Positions 20,940 through 31,403 of a stretch of 64,000 nt of DNA are shown piece by piece. Within the stretch, counting starts at the first letter, position 1, and each line of letters opens with the position of its first letter. Source of the DNA: Bacteroidota bacterium (lineage in GTDB: Bacteria > Bacteroidota > Rhodothermia > Rhodothermales > Bin80); the NCBI GenBank assembly GCA_026709065.1, contig JAPOTS010000024.1, positions 6,959-70,958 of the forward strand, written 5' to 3'. The position numbers and the translations under genes are program-made. The notes beneath the pieces were generated by a model that saw only the letters and a program-made list of their open reading frames with translations, ran no database searches and was not told the DNA's origin.

Positions 20940-21271
20940 CATTCTATGTCTTCTTGCATAGGTCCAAAGTCTTGGAAGCAGGCTGTCCACTATGTGTTGG
21001 TAGATTGAGAGAAGCTGACACGATTTTTGGGATGACGGAGGTAGACATTAATACCAATCTCTATAAAACAGATTCATCCGATTGCATTAGGACGAAAAAA
21101 CTATCTGTTTGCTGGCTCCCTTGAAGCGCTCAATGTGCGGCAATTATCTATTCGTTGATCAACACCTGCACCTTGCATGGGGTAAACCAAGAGGAGTGGT
21201 TGGTGGATGTGCTAACACGGATTGCCACAATTGCCGAAAATGAATTATACAGGCTGTTACCACAACACTGA
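20940..21271 (+). pseudogene. IS66-family transposase C-terminal remnant (frameshifted, 5'-truncated)
   Basis: Across three frames: EVDINTN / IHPIALGRKNYLFAGS / AAIIYSLINTCTLHGVNQEEWLVDVLTRIA..ELYRLLPQH*. This matches the conserved IS66 tail (DNN..E..IRP.A.GRKN.LF.GS......Y.L..T....G..P..WL.DVL.RI). There is no N-terminal part. Confidence 0.7.
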
Positions 21272-21856
21272 AAGGCCACAAAGAGACGACGCTACCGAAA
21301 GCAGGTTGATCAGCGTCGGCAGAGATTGGTCAACTATCCCCCTACAAAATACAACGGCCTGTGAAGATGCCATCAGTAAGAAAAACAGACGAACACCCTC
21401 AGTGTGATTACAGTCTAAGCTCCGAAGAATATGTAATTATTTTATGGATACAATTGCTCTATCACTGGGAATTACATAACGATTCAAAATATTTAGATGA
21501 AAGTCAACAGGTCATTTGATAAGTTGATTGAAGTGGTACTGATATACATTCTTAGTACCCATTATTCCTTAACATTTTGACAATCAACTTAATGTGGAAC
21601 CATTTTGAGCCCCTGATAATAAGAACCTATCTTATCCTTGAATGCTATAAGGCTATGTACGAAACTAGTTGTCAATCCCTGATCTAACTCCAACATAATT
21701 CGTTACATTTTCAAGATTAAAGTTGAATACACACTCAAATAAATCACATTTAATTCAGGCCACTTCCATGTATCATTTTCATGATTGATAAGGACTCTGA
21801 TACCAGTCTTTTCAAATTTTAAAAATTAATTTCATTTCCGAACTCTCACTCTATTC

Positions 21857-22486
21857 ATGAAACTCTCTGACCAGATACTCATCAAAGACTTACCTGCTGC
21901 CAGCCCTGATTCAGATCCAATGAAACAATTTGAAGAATGGTTTAATTTTGCTCATTCTCAAAATATCTATCTTCCAGAGGCCATGACGCTTGCCACATCA
22001 ACCTTAGATGGATCTCCAAGTGCACGCATTGTTCTACTCAAAGATGTAAGCCCAAAAGGGTTTGTATTTTTTACAAATTATTTGAGCCGAAAAGGGAGTG
22101 AGTTAGAGATGAATCCGAAAGCCGCACTCGTCTTGCACTGGGCAATTCTTGAGCGTCAAATCAGAATAGAAGGCCATGTTGAACGAATCAGCGAACATGA
22201 AAGTGAACACTACTTTCACTCTCGACCAAGGGGGAGCCAAATAGGAGCGTGGGCATCACGCCAAAGCACCCCATTATCGGATAGGTCAGAACTAGAAGAC
22301 CGAGTCACGCATTTTGAGCAAAAATATAAAGGGACGAAAATCGATCTTCCTAACCATTGGGGAGGGTATAGAGTCGTACCAAAAAAAATTGAATTCTGGC
22401 AAGGACGAGAAAGCCGACTCCACGAACGAGTAGTATTTACCAAGATTTCATCCGGGGGCTGGGAAACCCAAACTCTCTACCCCTGA
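21857..22486 (+). CDS. pdxH: Pyridoxamine 5'-phosphate oxidase
   Basis: RIVLLKDVSPKGFVFFTNYLSRKG, ERQIRIEG, HWGGYRVVPKKIEFWQGRESRLHER. Confidence 0.93.
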   Translation: MKLSDQILIKDLPAASPDSDPMKQFEEWFNFAHSQNIYLPEAMTLATSTLDGSPSARIVLLKDVSPKGFVFFTNYLSRKGSELEMNPKAALVLHWAILERQIRIEGHVERISEHESEHYFHSRPRGSQIGAWASRQSTPLSDRSELEDRVTHFEQKYKGTKIDLPNHWGGYRVVPKKIEFWQGRESRLHERVVFTKISSGGWETQTLYP

Positions 22487-22520
22487 TCTCAAATCCACCC
22501 TGAAATATTTACACGATAGA

Positions 22521-24680
22521 TCAAAAGAGCTCCCAAAGATGCTCCTTTTCTTGCTCAACCCAATCTGAACGCACATTCAAAAGCTTATCCTGAACTCCTA
22601 AATTCCCCTCAAAAGGTTCAGGCCTGCTGTATGATTCATCGGTCAGGTATCTGGCTTTGATAGAGTCCCGAAGATAGGACTCTAATACATTATCACGTAA
22701 ATAACGTACATGATGAGAGTCGTGAATTGGAAATAACACCTCAACCCGTCGGTTTAAGTTTCTAGGCATCAGATCTGCACTCCCTAAATAAACTTCTTCA
22801 TCTCCTCCATTATGGAAATAATAGATCCTACTATGCTCCAGAAAACGACTCACAATACTAATCACACGGATGTTTTCACTTAAACCCTCCACGCCCGGTT
22901 TGAGACAACATATGCCCCTCACCAAAAGATCAATCTTTAATCCTGCCTTGGAAGCCTCATAAAGCAAGTTGATGATCTTTTCATCTACCAAAGCATTTGT
23001 TTTTAATATCAGATGTGCTTTATGCCCATCTTTTTGATGTTGAATCTCACGGTTCAGCAGTTCAGTGAATCGTTTTCTCAAATTGATGGGAGCGACTAAA
23101 AGTTTATGATAATCCCGCTTCTCTGAATATCCTGTGAGAAAATTGAATAAATCAGATACATCAGAGCCAATTTGAGGGTCAACAGTAAAAAGTCCCAAGT
23201 CTTCATAGACATGAGCCGTGAGACTGTTATAGTTACCCGTAGACATATGGACATATCGGCGGATATGCCCTCCTTCGTTTCGGATGACTAACGCAATTTT
23301 TGAATGCGTCTTCAGTCCAATCAATCCATAGATAACATGAACTCCCTCACGCTCTAGCATCCGTGCCCAACCAATATTACTCTCCTCGTCAAAGCGCGCC
23401 TTTAATTCAACTAAAACTGCAACCTGCTTTCCATTCTCTCTTGCCTTCATTAATGCAGCTACTATCGGTGATCTGGGGCCAACGCGATACAATGTCATTT
23501 TGATTGCAAGAACGTTTGGATCCGATGCGGCAGCTTCCAAGAATTCAATGACAGGAGAAAATGAATCATATGGATGATGAAGTAGGTGATTCTGAGATCT
23601 GACAGCCTTAAAAAAATCTCCGTCCCGCGTCTCAGGTTTCAATCGTATAGATGTAAAAGGAATAAAAGGTGGATACTTAAGGTCAAATCGATCAATCCCT
23701 GATGCAACCATCATCAAACTTTCTAAGCCGAGAGGGCCATTGACTTCAACGACATCATCCTCTTCCGCCCCCATATTCTCTATCAACAAATTTCTTACTC
23801 GATCCGGCATATCAGGATTTACAGCGACCCTCAGGACAGATCCTAATCGACGTTGACGAACCCCCTGCTCCATCGTCTCCAATAAATCATCTGCCTCTAA
23901 CTCCTGAATTGTCATGTCCGCATTCCGTGTTACTCTGAAAGGATAAGACGCGATAACCTCCATACCCGGGAATAAAGATTGAAGATTTGCTGCAATCACT
24001 TCCTCTACCCAAACAAATGAATAGACCCGCCGAAGATTATCGTCAATTTCCATTGTCCACGGTTCAGATATGATTGGCATTAAACGGTCTATCGGTCGTG
24101 GAACTTTGACACGAGCAAAGCGCTCTCCCCCAAGCTCATCTTTAATCGTTACTGCAAGATTTAGACTTAAATTTGAGATATGTGGGAACGGATGCGATGG
24201 ATCAACTGCAAGCGGAGTAAGGACTGGAAATATCGTCTGTTTATACTTTTTTGCTGCCTCTTCTTTTTGGGCATCTGTCAACTCAGAATAACTTAACAAG
24301 TGAACCCCTGATTCTGCTAACTTGGGGATAATGTTTGATAGCAAATACTCATGAGCTTCCTGAATTAATGCGTGAGCCCCATCACGTACTACTTCAAGGA
24401 TTTCCGTTGGACTACGCCCATCAAGTGAGACATCAGTTGTCCCACTAGCAACCTGCTTTTTTAATCCCCCAATTCGGACCATATAGAATTCGTCAAGATT
24501 CGAACCGACAATTGACAGGAATTTGAGTCGTTCCAGAATTGGATTGGCTTCATCTTGGGCTTCTTCAAAAACACGCTTCTGAAAATCAAGTAAGCTCAAC
24601 TCTCTATTATTATAAAGAGAGTGATCTTTAAGATTCTCCATGTGACCGTGAGTATTGGTTGAGATAAATTCTTGACTCAT
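22521..24680 (-). CDS. ppk1: Polyphosphate kinase 1
   Basis: Full-length PPK1: NRELSLLDFQKRVFEEA, the autophosphorylated-His region GLKTHSKIALV, and two PLD-like C-terminal domains. Confidence 0.95.
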   Translation of the reverse strand: MSQEFISTNTHGHMENLKDHSLYNNRELSLLDFQKRVFEEAQDEANPILERLKFLSIVGSNLDEFYMVRIGGLKKQVASGTTDVSLDGRSPTEILEVVRDGAHALIQEAHEYLLSNIIPKLAESGVHLLSYSELTDAQKEEAAKKYKQTIFPVLTPLAVDPSHPFPHISNLSLNLAVTIKDELGGERFARVKVPRPIDRLMPIISEPWTMEIDDNLRRVYSFVWVEEVIAANLQSLFPGMEVIASYPFRVTRNADMTIQELEADDLLETMEQGVRQRRLGSVLRVAVNPDMPDRVRNLLIENMGAEEDDVVEVNGPLGLESLMMVASGIDRFDLKYPPFIPFTSIRLKPETRDGDFFKAVRSQNHLLHHPYDSFSPVIEFLEAAASDPNVLAIKMTLYRVGPRSPIVAALMKARENGKQVAVLVELKARFDEESNIGWARMLEREGVHVIYGLIGLKTHSKIALVIRNEGGHIRRYVHMSTGNYNSLTAHVYEDLGLFTVDPQIGSDVSDLFNFLTGYSEKRDYHKLLVAPINLRKRFTELLNREIQHQKDGHKAHLILKTNALVDEKIINLLYEASKAGLKIDLLVRGICCLKPGVEGLSENIRVISIVSRFLEHSRIYYFHNGGDEEVYLGSADLMPRNLNRRVEVLFPIHDSHHVRYLRDNVLESYLRDSIKARYLTDESYSRPEPFEGNLGVQDKLLNVRSDWVEQEKEHLWELF

Positions 24681-24712
24681 TTGATTTCCTTAAAAATTAT
24701 TGTACTCCATAA

Positions 24713-24728
24713 ATAACCATTTGGTTAT
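24713..24728. promoter_or_regulatory. Perfect 7-2-7 palindrome ATAACCA-TT-TGGTTAT in the ppk1/TonB-receptor divergent intergenic region
   Basis: Read directly from the sequence. It lies 33 nt upstream of the ppk1 start. The cognate regulator is unknown. Confidence 0.25.
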
Positions 24729-24847
24729 CCAATTAAAGGTAAGGTTACAAAAACATATATTTCATTTTACATTCCGTTAACATCCATTCGGGATTAAGTT
24801 AATTAAAGTGATTTTATGATTCCCCCTAAGTTACATATCATCACTTA

Positions 24848-27844
24848 ATGATCCTACTCAGTACCCTCCGCTTCAGTGGTTTAGTATTATTGCTCTACTT
24901 GATTACCCTTTCAGATGTGAACGCTCAGGTGGGGAAAATCTCTGGACTTGTTATTGATGGTGAAAATGGTGAAACGCTTATCGGTGCGACCGCAACCATT
25001 GATGGCGCTTCAACAGGTGATGCCACTGACCTCAATGGTAGATACGAGTTCGTCGTTGAATCAGGAACCTATACGATGAAATTCGCCTATCTAGGATTTT
25101 CAACCTTGATGGTGGAAAATGTCGTTGTGATGCCAGATGAAACGACTCATATAGAAGTTGAGCTTCTTCCGGAAGCCCTTTCTTATGGAGAAGTTGTCAT
25201 CACTGCAGATGTTCTTTCTGGATCCGAAGCTGGTCTTTTACGTGAGCGTGCAAGATCTATAGCTGTCAGTGATGCAATTAGTTCAGATATGATCAGTCGC
25301 TCTGGATCTAGCAACGCAGCGACTGCTATGAGCAAGGTAACGGGAGCATCAGTATTAGGTGGCCGATATGTATATATTCGCGGTTTAGGAGATCGATATG
25401 CCAACACTACACTCAATGGATCTTCGCTCCCAAGCGCTGATCCAGATCGTAAAGCATTCCAATTAGATTTATTCCCCGCTGCTCTGTTGGACAATATCGT
25501 CACACTGAAAACATTTACTCCTGATAAACCTGGAGATTTTAGTGGTGGCTTGGTTGATGTTGCAACCACTGCATTCCCAGAATCTTTTACGTTGCAATTA
25601 TCTGCAACAATGACCTATGACGATCAATCCAGTCACATTGATAATTTTCTATCTTATCAAGGCAGTAGCACCGACTGGCTTGGCTACGATAATGGTTCTC
25701 GTGCACTACCAGAAATTTTAGAAAACAAAGATCCAGAAGATCAATTACCAAGAGAATCTGACCTTAGGGACTTACGCTTTGGGGTGACTAACCAAGTGCG
25801 ATCCAACCGGGCCGATTCCCTCAATGCTTTTTCTCGTGCCTTCAATGAAGTGATGTCCCCCACCCTAGAATCCACCCCTATCAACCATAGTTTCTCTGCA
25901 GCTGCTGGTGGGCAAATGAAGCTGTTTGGTCGCCCTCTTGGACTCAGTGGTAGCCTGACCTATGGGCGCAGTTATAACTATTATGATGATGGCGTTTTCA
26001 GTCAATGGCACCTCATTGGTGGAGATGTAGCTTCCATAGAAAATCTATCAAGTACCACATATTTTGGATCAAACCCTGATCTCAATATCATTACCAGAGC
26101 TGACCCCAAAGAAGTCTCATCATTTGCTAATGTCCAAGGTAGCGACGAAGTTAACTGGGGAGCATCTGGGACAATTGCATTCCAACCCAGTGACAGCCAC
26201 GAATTAGTTACAACCTTTCTTCAAACTCAAAGTGGTGAGAGCGAATCAACCTTTTTAGGGGGATTTAGAGACCAGACTGGTGGTACAACGTTCATCACCC
26301 GTGCACTGAGCTATCAACAGCGGTCTCTTCAAAGTTTTCAACTAAGAGGTGAACATGCGTTAGCTCAGATGAAGATTGAATGGAAGGCTTCCATTGCTCA
26401 GAATTCGCAGGATGAACCTGATCTTCGATTCTTTTCTTCCACTCAAAATATTCGTGAAAATATCTCTGGAATTGACACGACATACTCGCTGGGTGGTGGC
26501 AATGCCCCTCCACCCCAGCGCTATTTTAGAAACTTAAATGAAAATAGCCGTGGTGGAATACTAGATATTACGATTCCCTTTCGTCAATGGGCTGGTTTAG
26601 GAGCACGAATTAAGTTCGGTGGTCAATATGATATGTCTCAACGAGATTTTCGACAACGTAGATTTGAGTATCATGAAGGTAGAGAAATTGATTATAGAGA
26701 CTTTGGCGGTGACGCTGACAATTACTTCTCGGGTGACAACTTTGGTGTCCTAGATACACTTAATGTAGGCGAAGTAGTCGCCTACAACGCCGGACTCTAT
26801 CTTCAAGAAAACTCCCCCGCCCGCGCTAATTATGATGCGAGCAGTGATGTAATAGCGACCTATGTGATGCTTGAATTACCTCTAACCCCAAAGCTGAAAA
26901 TTATTGGAGGAGTTAGATCAGAATCAACAGAAATTATCACACAGAGCTTTGATCTGTCCTTACCCGATTCGTTGCGTACTAGTATGCTTGATACCCCTGA
27001 CTGGCTTCCCTCTGTGAATTTGGTCTACGCCATCAATGAGGACATGAACATCCGATTAGCAGCCACTCGGACTCTTGCCCGTCCTACCTATCGAGAGCTC
27101 GCACCCTTTCAGAGTTTTAATTTTGTTGGAGGCGATATCCAAGAAGGTAATCCATTACTGAACCGAACCCTTATCACCAACTACGACGCGAGATGGGAGA
27201 TGTTCGCTAAAGCGGGTGAAATTCTTGCAATCAGTGCTTTCTATAAGATTTTTGAAGACCCCATTGAGCGCGTTCTACGTAATGTGGGAGAAGGCCGATT
27301 CGTGTCATTCCAGAATGTAGATCATGCACAAGTATTTGGAGCAGAGTTTGAGGCACGTAAACAGCTTTCCAGTTGGACTCAACTCCCAATTCTTAAAGAC
27401 TTATCGATTGGTGGAAATTTCTCAATCGTTAGATCACAAGTGGATATACCTGAGGAGGAGATGATTATCATTCGTGCCTCAGATCCCAATGCCACTAGCT
27501 CCCGCTCACTTGAAGGACAATCTCCATATTTAGTGAATCTGAACGCGAGCTACGAGAATTATCAATTAGGAACGATCGTTTCGGTATTCTACTCAATTTT
27601 CGGTGATCGACTACTTTCAGTAACCGAAGGAGCAACACCTGACGTTTTTGAAAAGGCTAGAAGCGATCTTGATCTCACAGTTACCCAAGAGTTACCCGCA
27701 AATTTACGTCTGAAAATCTCTGCCAAAAATATACTCGGTTCAGATGTTCGGCAAATTCAAACCTTCAAAGACCGAGTTTACGACTATATTTCTTATTCAC
27801 GGTCAAGGACTATCGGAATTGGGATCAGCTACATCATAGACTAA
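24848..27844 (+). CDS. TonB-dependent outer-membrane receptor with an N-terminal CarboxypepD_reg domain
   Basis: Signal peptide, GKISGLVIDGENGETLIGA (CarboxypepD_reg), plug motif GGRYVYIRGLGDRYANTTLNG, long beta-barrel. Confidence 0.9.
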   Translation: MILLSTLRFSGLVLLLYLITLSDVNAQVGKISGLVIDGENGETLIGATATIDGASTGDATDLNGRYEFVVESGTYTMKFAYLGFSTLMVENVVVMPDETTHIEVELLPEALSYGEVVITADVLSGSEAGLLRERARSIAVSDAISSDMISRSGSSNAATAMSKVTGASVLGGRYVYIRGLGDRYANTTLNGSSLPSADPDRKAFQLDLFPAALLDNIVTLKTFTPDKPGDFSGGLVDVATTAFPESFTLQLSATMTYDDQSSHIDNFLSYQGSSTDWLGYDNGSRALPEILENKDPEDQLPRESDLRDLRFGVTNQVRSNRADSLNAFSRAFNEVMSPTLESTPINHSFSAAAGGQMKLFGRPLGLSGSLTYGRSYNYYDDGVFSQWHLIGGDVASIENLSSTTYFGSNPDLNIITRADPKEVSSFANVQGSDEVNWGASGTIAFQPSDSHELVTTFLQTQSGESESTFLGGFRDQTGGTTFITRALSYQQRSLQSFQLRGEHALAQMKIEWKASIAQNSQDEPDLRFFSSTQNIRENISGIDTTYSLGGGNAPPPQRYFRNLNENSRGGILDITIPFRQWAGLGARIKFGGQYDMSQRDFRQRRFEYHEGREIDYRDFGGDADNYFSGDNFGVLDTLNVGEVVAYNAGLYLQENSPARANYDASSDVIATYVMLELPLTPKLKIIGGVRSESTEIITQSFDLSLPDSLRTSMLDTPDWLPSVNLVYAINEDMNIRLAATRTLARPTYRELAPFQSFNFVGGDIQEGNPLLNRTLITNYDARWEMFAKAGEILAISAFYKIFEDPIERVLRNVGEGRFVSFQNVDHAQVFGAEFEARKQLSSWTQLPILKDLSIGGNFSIVRSQVDIPEEEMIIIRASDPNATSSRSLEGQSPYLVNLNASYENYQLGTIVSVFYSIFGDRLLSVTEGATPDVFEKARSDLDLTVTQELPANLRLKISAKNILGSDVRQIQTFKDRVYDYISYSRSRTIGIGISYIID

Positions 27845-27946
27845 CTCCAAACTGTGACAAAGCGTTCTCTTTTCAGTATGCGCTCACATGTATGCGAATA
27901 TTACGGGTATTACATGTGCAATTAATTCGTCCACTCATTCTGACAG

Positions 27947-29734
27947 ATGAAAACTAGCTCAACTATAACTATGATTTTGAATAAAATATTTCTTCTCTCC
28001 ACTGTATTATTAATGTGTTCTCTGATTACGTTGGATGTCATTGCACAATCCGACGATATTGAAGCACGACCCACAGAGAATGTTACAGACGACACCATTA
28101 AATCTGGAGATAAGGTTAATTGGACTTCGGACAAGGTCTATGTTCTGGATGGCATCGTGATTGTTGAAGATGGCGCTGAGTTACGCATTGAGGCTGGAAC
28201 GGTTATCAAAGCAAAAGATGGAACTGGTACAGATGCTTCTGCTCTTGTGATTGCCCGCGGCGGTAAAATATTTGCTGAGGGTACTAAAAATAAGCCTATC
28301 ATCTTTACTTCCATTCAGGATAATCTCTCAAGCAACGACTTGCTCACCTATGAGGATCGTGGACTTTGGGGGGGTGTAGTCATTCTCGGACATTCTATGA
28401 CAAATAATCCTGGTGATCAAGAGGGAGACTATCAAGAGATTGAGGGGGTTAATGAACTGGTTCCCGATGGAGATAAGCGAGCTGAATATGGCGGCAATGA
28501 TGATGGAGATAACTCTGGTGTCATCCGTTACGCATCCATCCGTCACACTGGAATTAACATCGGAGAATCCGATGGAAATGAAATCCAAGGACTCACTTTG
28601 GGTGGAGTTGGCTCTGAAACGGTCTTAGAGTATATTGAAGTCTATGCAAGTGGAGATGACGGCGTGGAATTTTTTGGTGGAACAGTTAATCTGAAGTACT
28701 TTGTGAGTGTCTTTAATTCTGATGATGCTGTGGACTGGGACCAGGGTTGGCGAGGAAAAGGACAATTCTGGTTTGTTCTTCAAGCACCCGATAAAGCAGG
28801 TGCTGCTGCAGAGCAGGATGGAGCAGGAGATAGTGAATTCTACGAACCCTATGCGATACCAAGAATCTATAATGCAACCTATGTAGGGGCTGGTTCCAAC
28901 GCGTCCCCTGAATCAGATCGCGGAGAAATGCTCATGTTTCGTGATAATTCCGGTGGTTTTTATCATAACTCCATCTTTACCGAGTTTAATACTGGCAAAG
29001 GCGGACATGCCATTCAGATTGAAGATATCGATAATTCTGGAGAAAAAACCCAAGACAGCCGCAAAAGATTTGAGTCTGGCGACCTTGGACTGACCCATAA
29101 TATCTGGTGGGACTTTGGCGCAGGATTTGCTCCGATGACTTGGATTGCCAGTCAAGACCAATCCTTCGTAGCCGAGATAATAAATTACCTATTGGAGAAC
29201 GACAACTATACTCAGGATCCAGAACTTAGAAGCATTGAACGCGGAACGGAAGGAACGGGAAATCTAGACCCTAGACCACGCCAAGGTGGCATTGCATTTA
29301 CGAATAAACGCGCAATGCTACCTGAAGGTGATTCCTTTTTCACAACCGCTGACTTTATTGGGGCCTTCGGTACTGAGAACTGGCTTGTTGACTGGACTGC
29401 ATTAGATCAACTGGGATATGTCGGTGATATTCCCACCTCAATTGAACAGGTGTCCTCTGAAATTCCCTCTGAAATCACACTTGGTCAGAATTATCCGAAT
29501 CCATTCAATCCTAGTACGATGATTGAATTTAATTTGGATCGTACTCAGCATGTGACTCTTGCAGTCTATGACCTTTCTGGAAAGGAGGTTGCCATACTGA
29601 TCAATAATGCTCCAAAAACTGCAGGAACATATCAAGTCGCATTTGATGGAAGTCATTTCACAAGTGGATTATATATCTACCAATTGTTAAGCGAAAATCA
29701 TGTGCTCACTCGAAAAATGATGCTTGTGAAGTAA
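27947..29734 (+). CDS. Secreted protein of unknown function with a T9SS C-terminal sorting domain (possible beta-helix)
   Basis: Signal peptide MKTSSTITMILNKIFLLSTVLLMCSLITLDVIAQS. C-terminus LGQNYPNPFNPSTMIEF...GLYIYQL is T9SS type A. No catalytic motif recognised. Confidence 0.8.
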   Translation: MKTSSTITMILNKIFLLSTVLLMCSLITLDVIAQSDDIEARPTENVTDDTIKSGDKVNWTSDKVYVLDGIVIVEDGAELRIEAGTVIKAKDGTGTDASALVIARGGKIFAEGTKNKPIIFTSIQDNLSSNDLLTYEDRGLWGGVVILGHSMTNNPGDQEGDYQEIEGVNELVPDGDKRAEYGGNDDGDNSGVIRYASIRHTGINIGESDGNEIQGLTLGGVGSETVLEYIEVYASGDDGVEFFGGTVNLKYFVSVFNSDDAVDWDQGWRGKGQFWFVLQAPDKAGAAAEQDGAGDSEFYEPYAIPRIYNATYVGAGSNASPESDRGEMLMFRDNSGGFYHNSIFTEFNTGKGGHAIQIEDIDNSGEKTQDSRKRFESGDLGLTHNIWWDFGAGFAPMTWIASQDQSFVAEIINYLLENDNYTQDPELRSIERGTEGTGNLDPRPRQGGIAFTNKRAMLPEGDSFFTTADFIGAFGTENWLVDWTALDQLGYVGDIPTSIEQVSSEIPSEITLGQNYPNPFNPSTMIEFNLDRTQHVTLAVYDLSGKEVAILINNAPKTAGTYQVAFDGSHFTSGLYIYQLLSENHVLTRKMMLVK

Positions 29735-29800
29735 ATTATCTTTATAACTTATTGATGCTGAGTACTCCAGACTTGGAGGCTTGGTATCATTTTAATCCCC

Positions 29801-30952
29801 ATGGTTGAGGCTACCCAAGAACGTATTAGTGGTATTCGGCGTTATGTTGCGTTGCTTCCTTTTCTTGGGTTATTAGGTGTTCTCTTTTGTTTCTTTGTGA
29901 GCCTTGAGTTGATGGGCACTTCAATGAAACTGCTGGGAAAGGGGTTTGCCACTCAATTAATTGAAACCACGAGTAACCCTTTCGTGGCGTTGTTTATTGG
30001 CATCTTAGCCACATCCTTAGTCCAAAGCTCTTCAACGGTGACTTCGCTTGCTGTCTCTGCTGTTGCCGGCGGTGGACTTACAATTGCTGGGGCAATTCCT
30101 ATTGTCCTGGGGGCTAATGTCGGAACTAGTGTCACAAATACGATTGTCTCATTAGGGCATGTTGCCCGTAAAGAAGAGTTCGGGCGGGCAATGGGGGCAG
30201 CGACTGTTCACGATTTTTTTAATCTATTAGCCGTTGCAATTTTCTTTCCTCTTGAACTTACATTTGGCTTTTTATCACGATCTTCAGAAGCCCTTACTCG
30301 AGGTGTCACGGGCGTTGGTGGCACTGAACTGTTTGATTTTGTTGGACAGATGACGGCACCCGTTGTTAATGCGTTAGTCGTATTGATGCAGAATTCTGGA
30401 ATCCTCGTTTTGATTCTTGGAGTTCTGCTATTATTTCTGTCGCTCCGTTATTTAGTAGTACTCCTCCGATCTCTTTTTCTTGGGCGATCTGAACGGTTGA
30501 TCAATAAGTATTTATTCGGCCCTGCCCCTATTGCCTTAGCTTTCGGCACTTTAGTTACCATCATGGTTCAAAGCTCTTCCATTACGACATCAATCACAGT
30601 TCCACTGGTTGGAGCTGGAATTGTAACGGTATCGCAAATTTTTCCATTTGTTTTAGGTGCTAACATTGGAACAACGATTACAGCGCTTCTCGCAGCACTC
30701 GTATTGTCAAGTGGAGGTGATCAACTTGGCATTGCTGCTCTCCAAGTAGCCCTTGCTCATCTGATTTTTAACTGTTGTGGAGTGATGGCATTTTTACCGG
30801 TCCAACGCCTTCGTCGCATTCCAATTATGATGGCCGAGTATCTTGGAAGACTCGTTGTTAAAAACCGAGCATGGGCAGGAGTTTACTTGGGTTGTATTTT
30901 CTTTGGGATACCACTTATGATCATCTTGGTCACGCGAGCTCTGAACTTTTGA
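29801..30952 (+). CDS. Na+/phosphate cotransporter family protein (NptA-like)
   Basis: Duplicated Na_Pi_cotrans signature (LVQSSSTVTSL and MVQSSSITTSITVPLVGAG) in a polytopic membrane protein. Confidence 0.88.
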   Translation: MVEATQERISGIRRYVALLPFLGLLGVLFCFFVSLELMGTSMKLLGKGFATQLIETTSNPFVALFIGILATSLVQSSSTVTSLAVSAVAGGGLTIAGAIPIVLGANVGTSVTNTIVSLGHVARKEEFGRAMGAATVHDFFNLLAVAIFFPLELTFGFLSRSSEALTRGVTGVGGTELFDFVGQMTAPVVNALVVLMQNSGILVLILGVLLLFLSLRYLVVLLRSLFLGRSERLINKYLFGPAPIALAFGTLVTIMVQSSSITTSITVPLVGAGIVTVSQIFPFVLGANIGTTITALLAALVLSSGGDQLGIAALQVALAHLIFNCCGVMAFLPVQRLRRIPIMMAEYLGRLVVKNRAWAGVYLGCIFFGIPLMIILVTRALNF

Positions 30953-31403
30953 AAATTTTCATAGTCAGGAGCACTCATCTCCATATACCCAAGCAGTACT
31001 TTAGACTAATACTTTTACCGCTCACGAATATTCTTGGTATCATTCTTATGGGGATAGATGGAATTCCCCCTACCCCAGAGATCTCAACAGAGATTCAATT
31101 CACTCATAATAGAGTTCTCCAGAGTGCATCAACCGCCTTTAATGAGATTGCAAATAATCATTCACAGACTTATTTGGTCGGTGGAAACATTGGGGGCTGG
31201 TACCAACCTCTTCCATCAATGCATCGGGGAATATACAGGTACCCTTCCAGTCCAGAGACGGGTGAGAGATTATGTAGATTTTCCCCGATGAAGTGGGAGA
31301 TCGCCTGCGGGATTATTTTAACTTGCCCCACCAAAAACAATAGCGGCGGAGATGACAAGCCCAGCGAATCCAATCGCCCAGGTCAAGACGGTGTATTTCG
31401 TGT

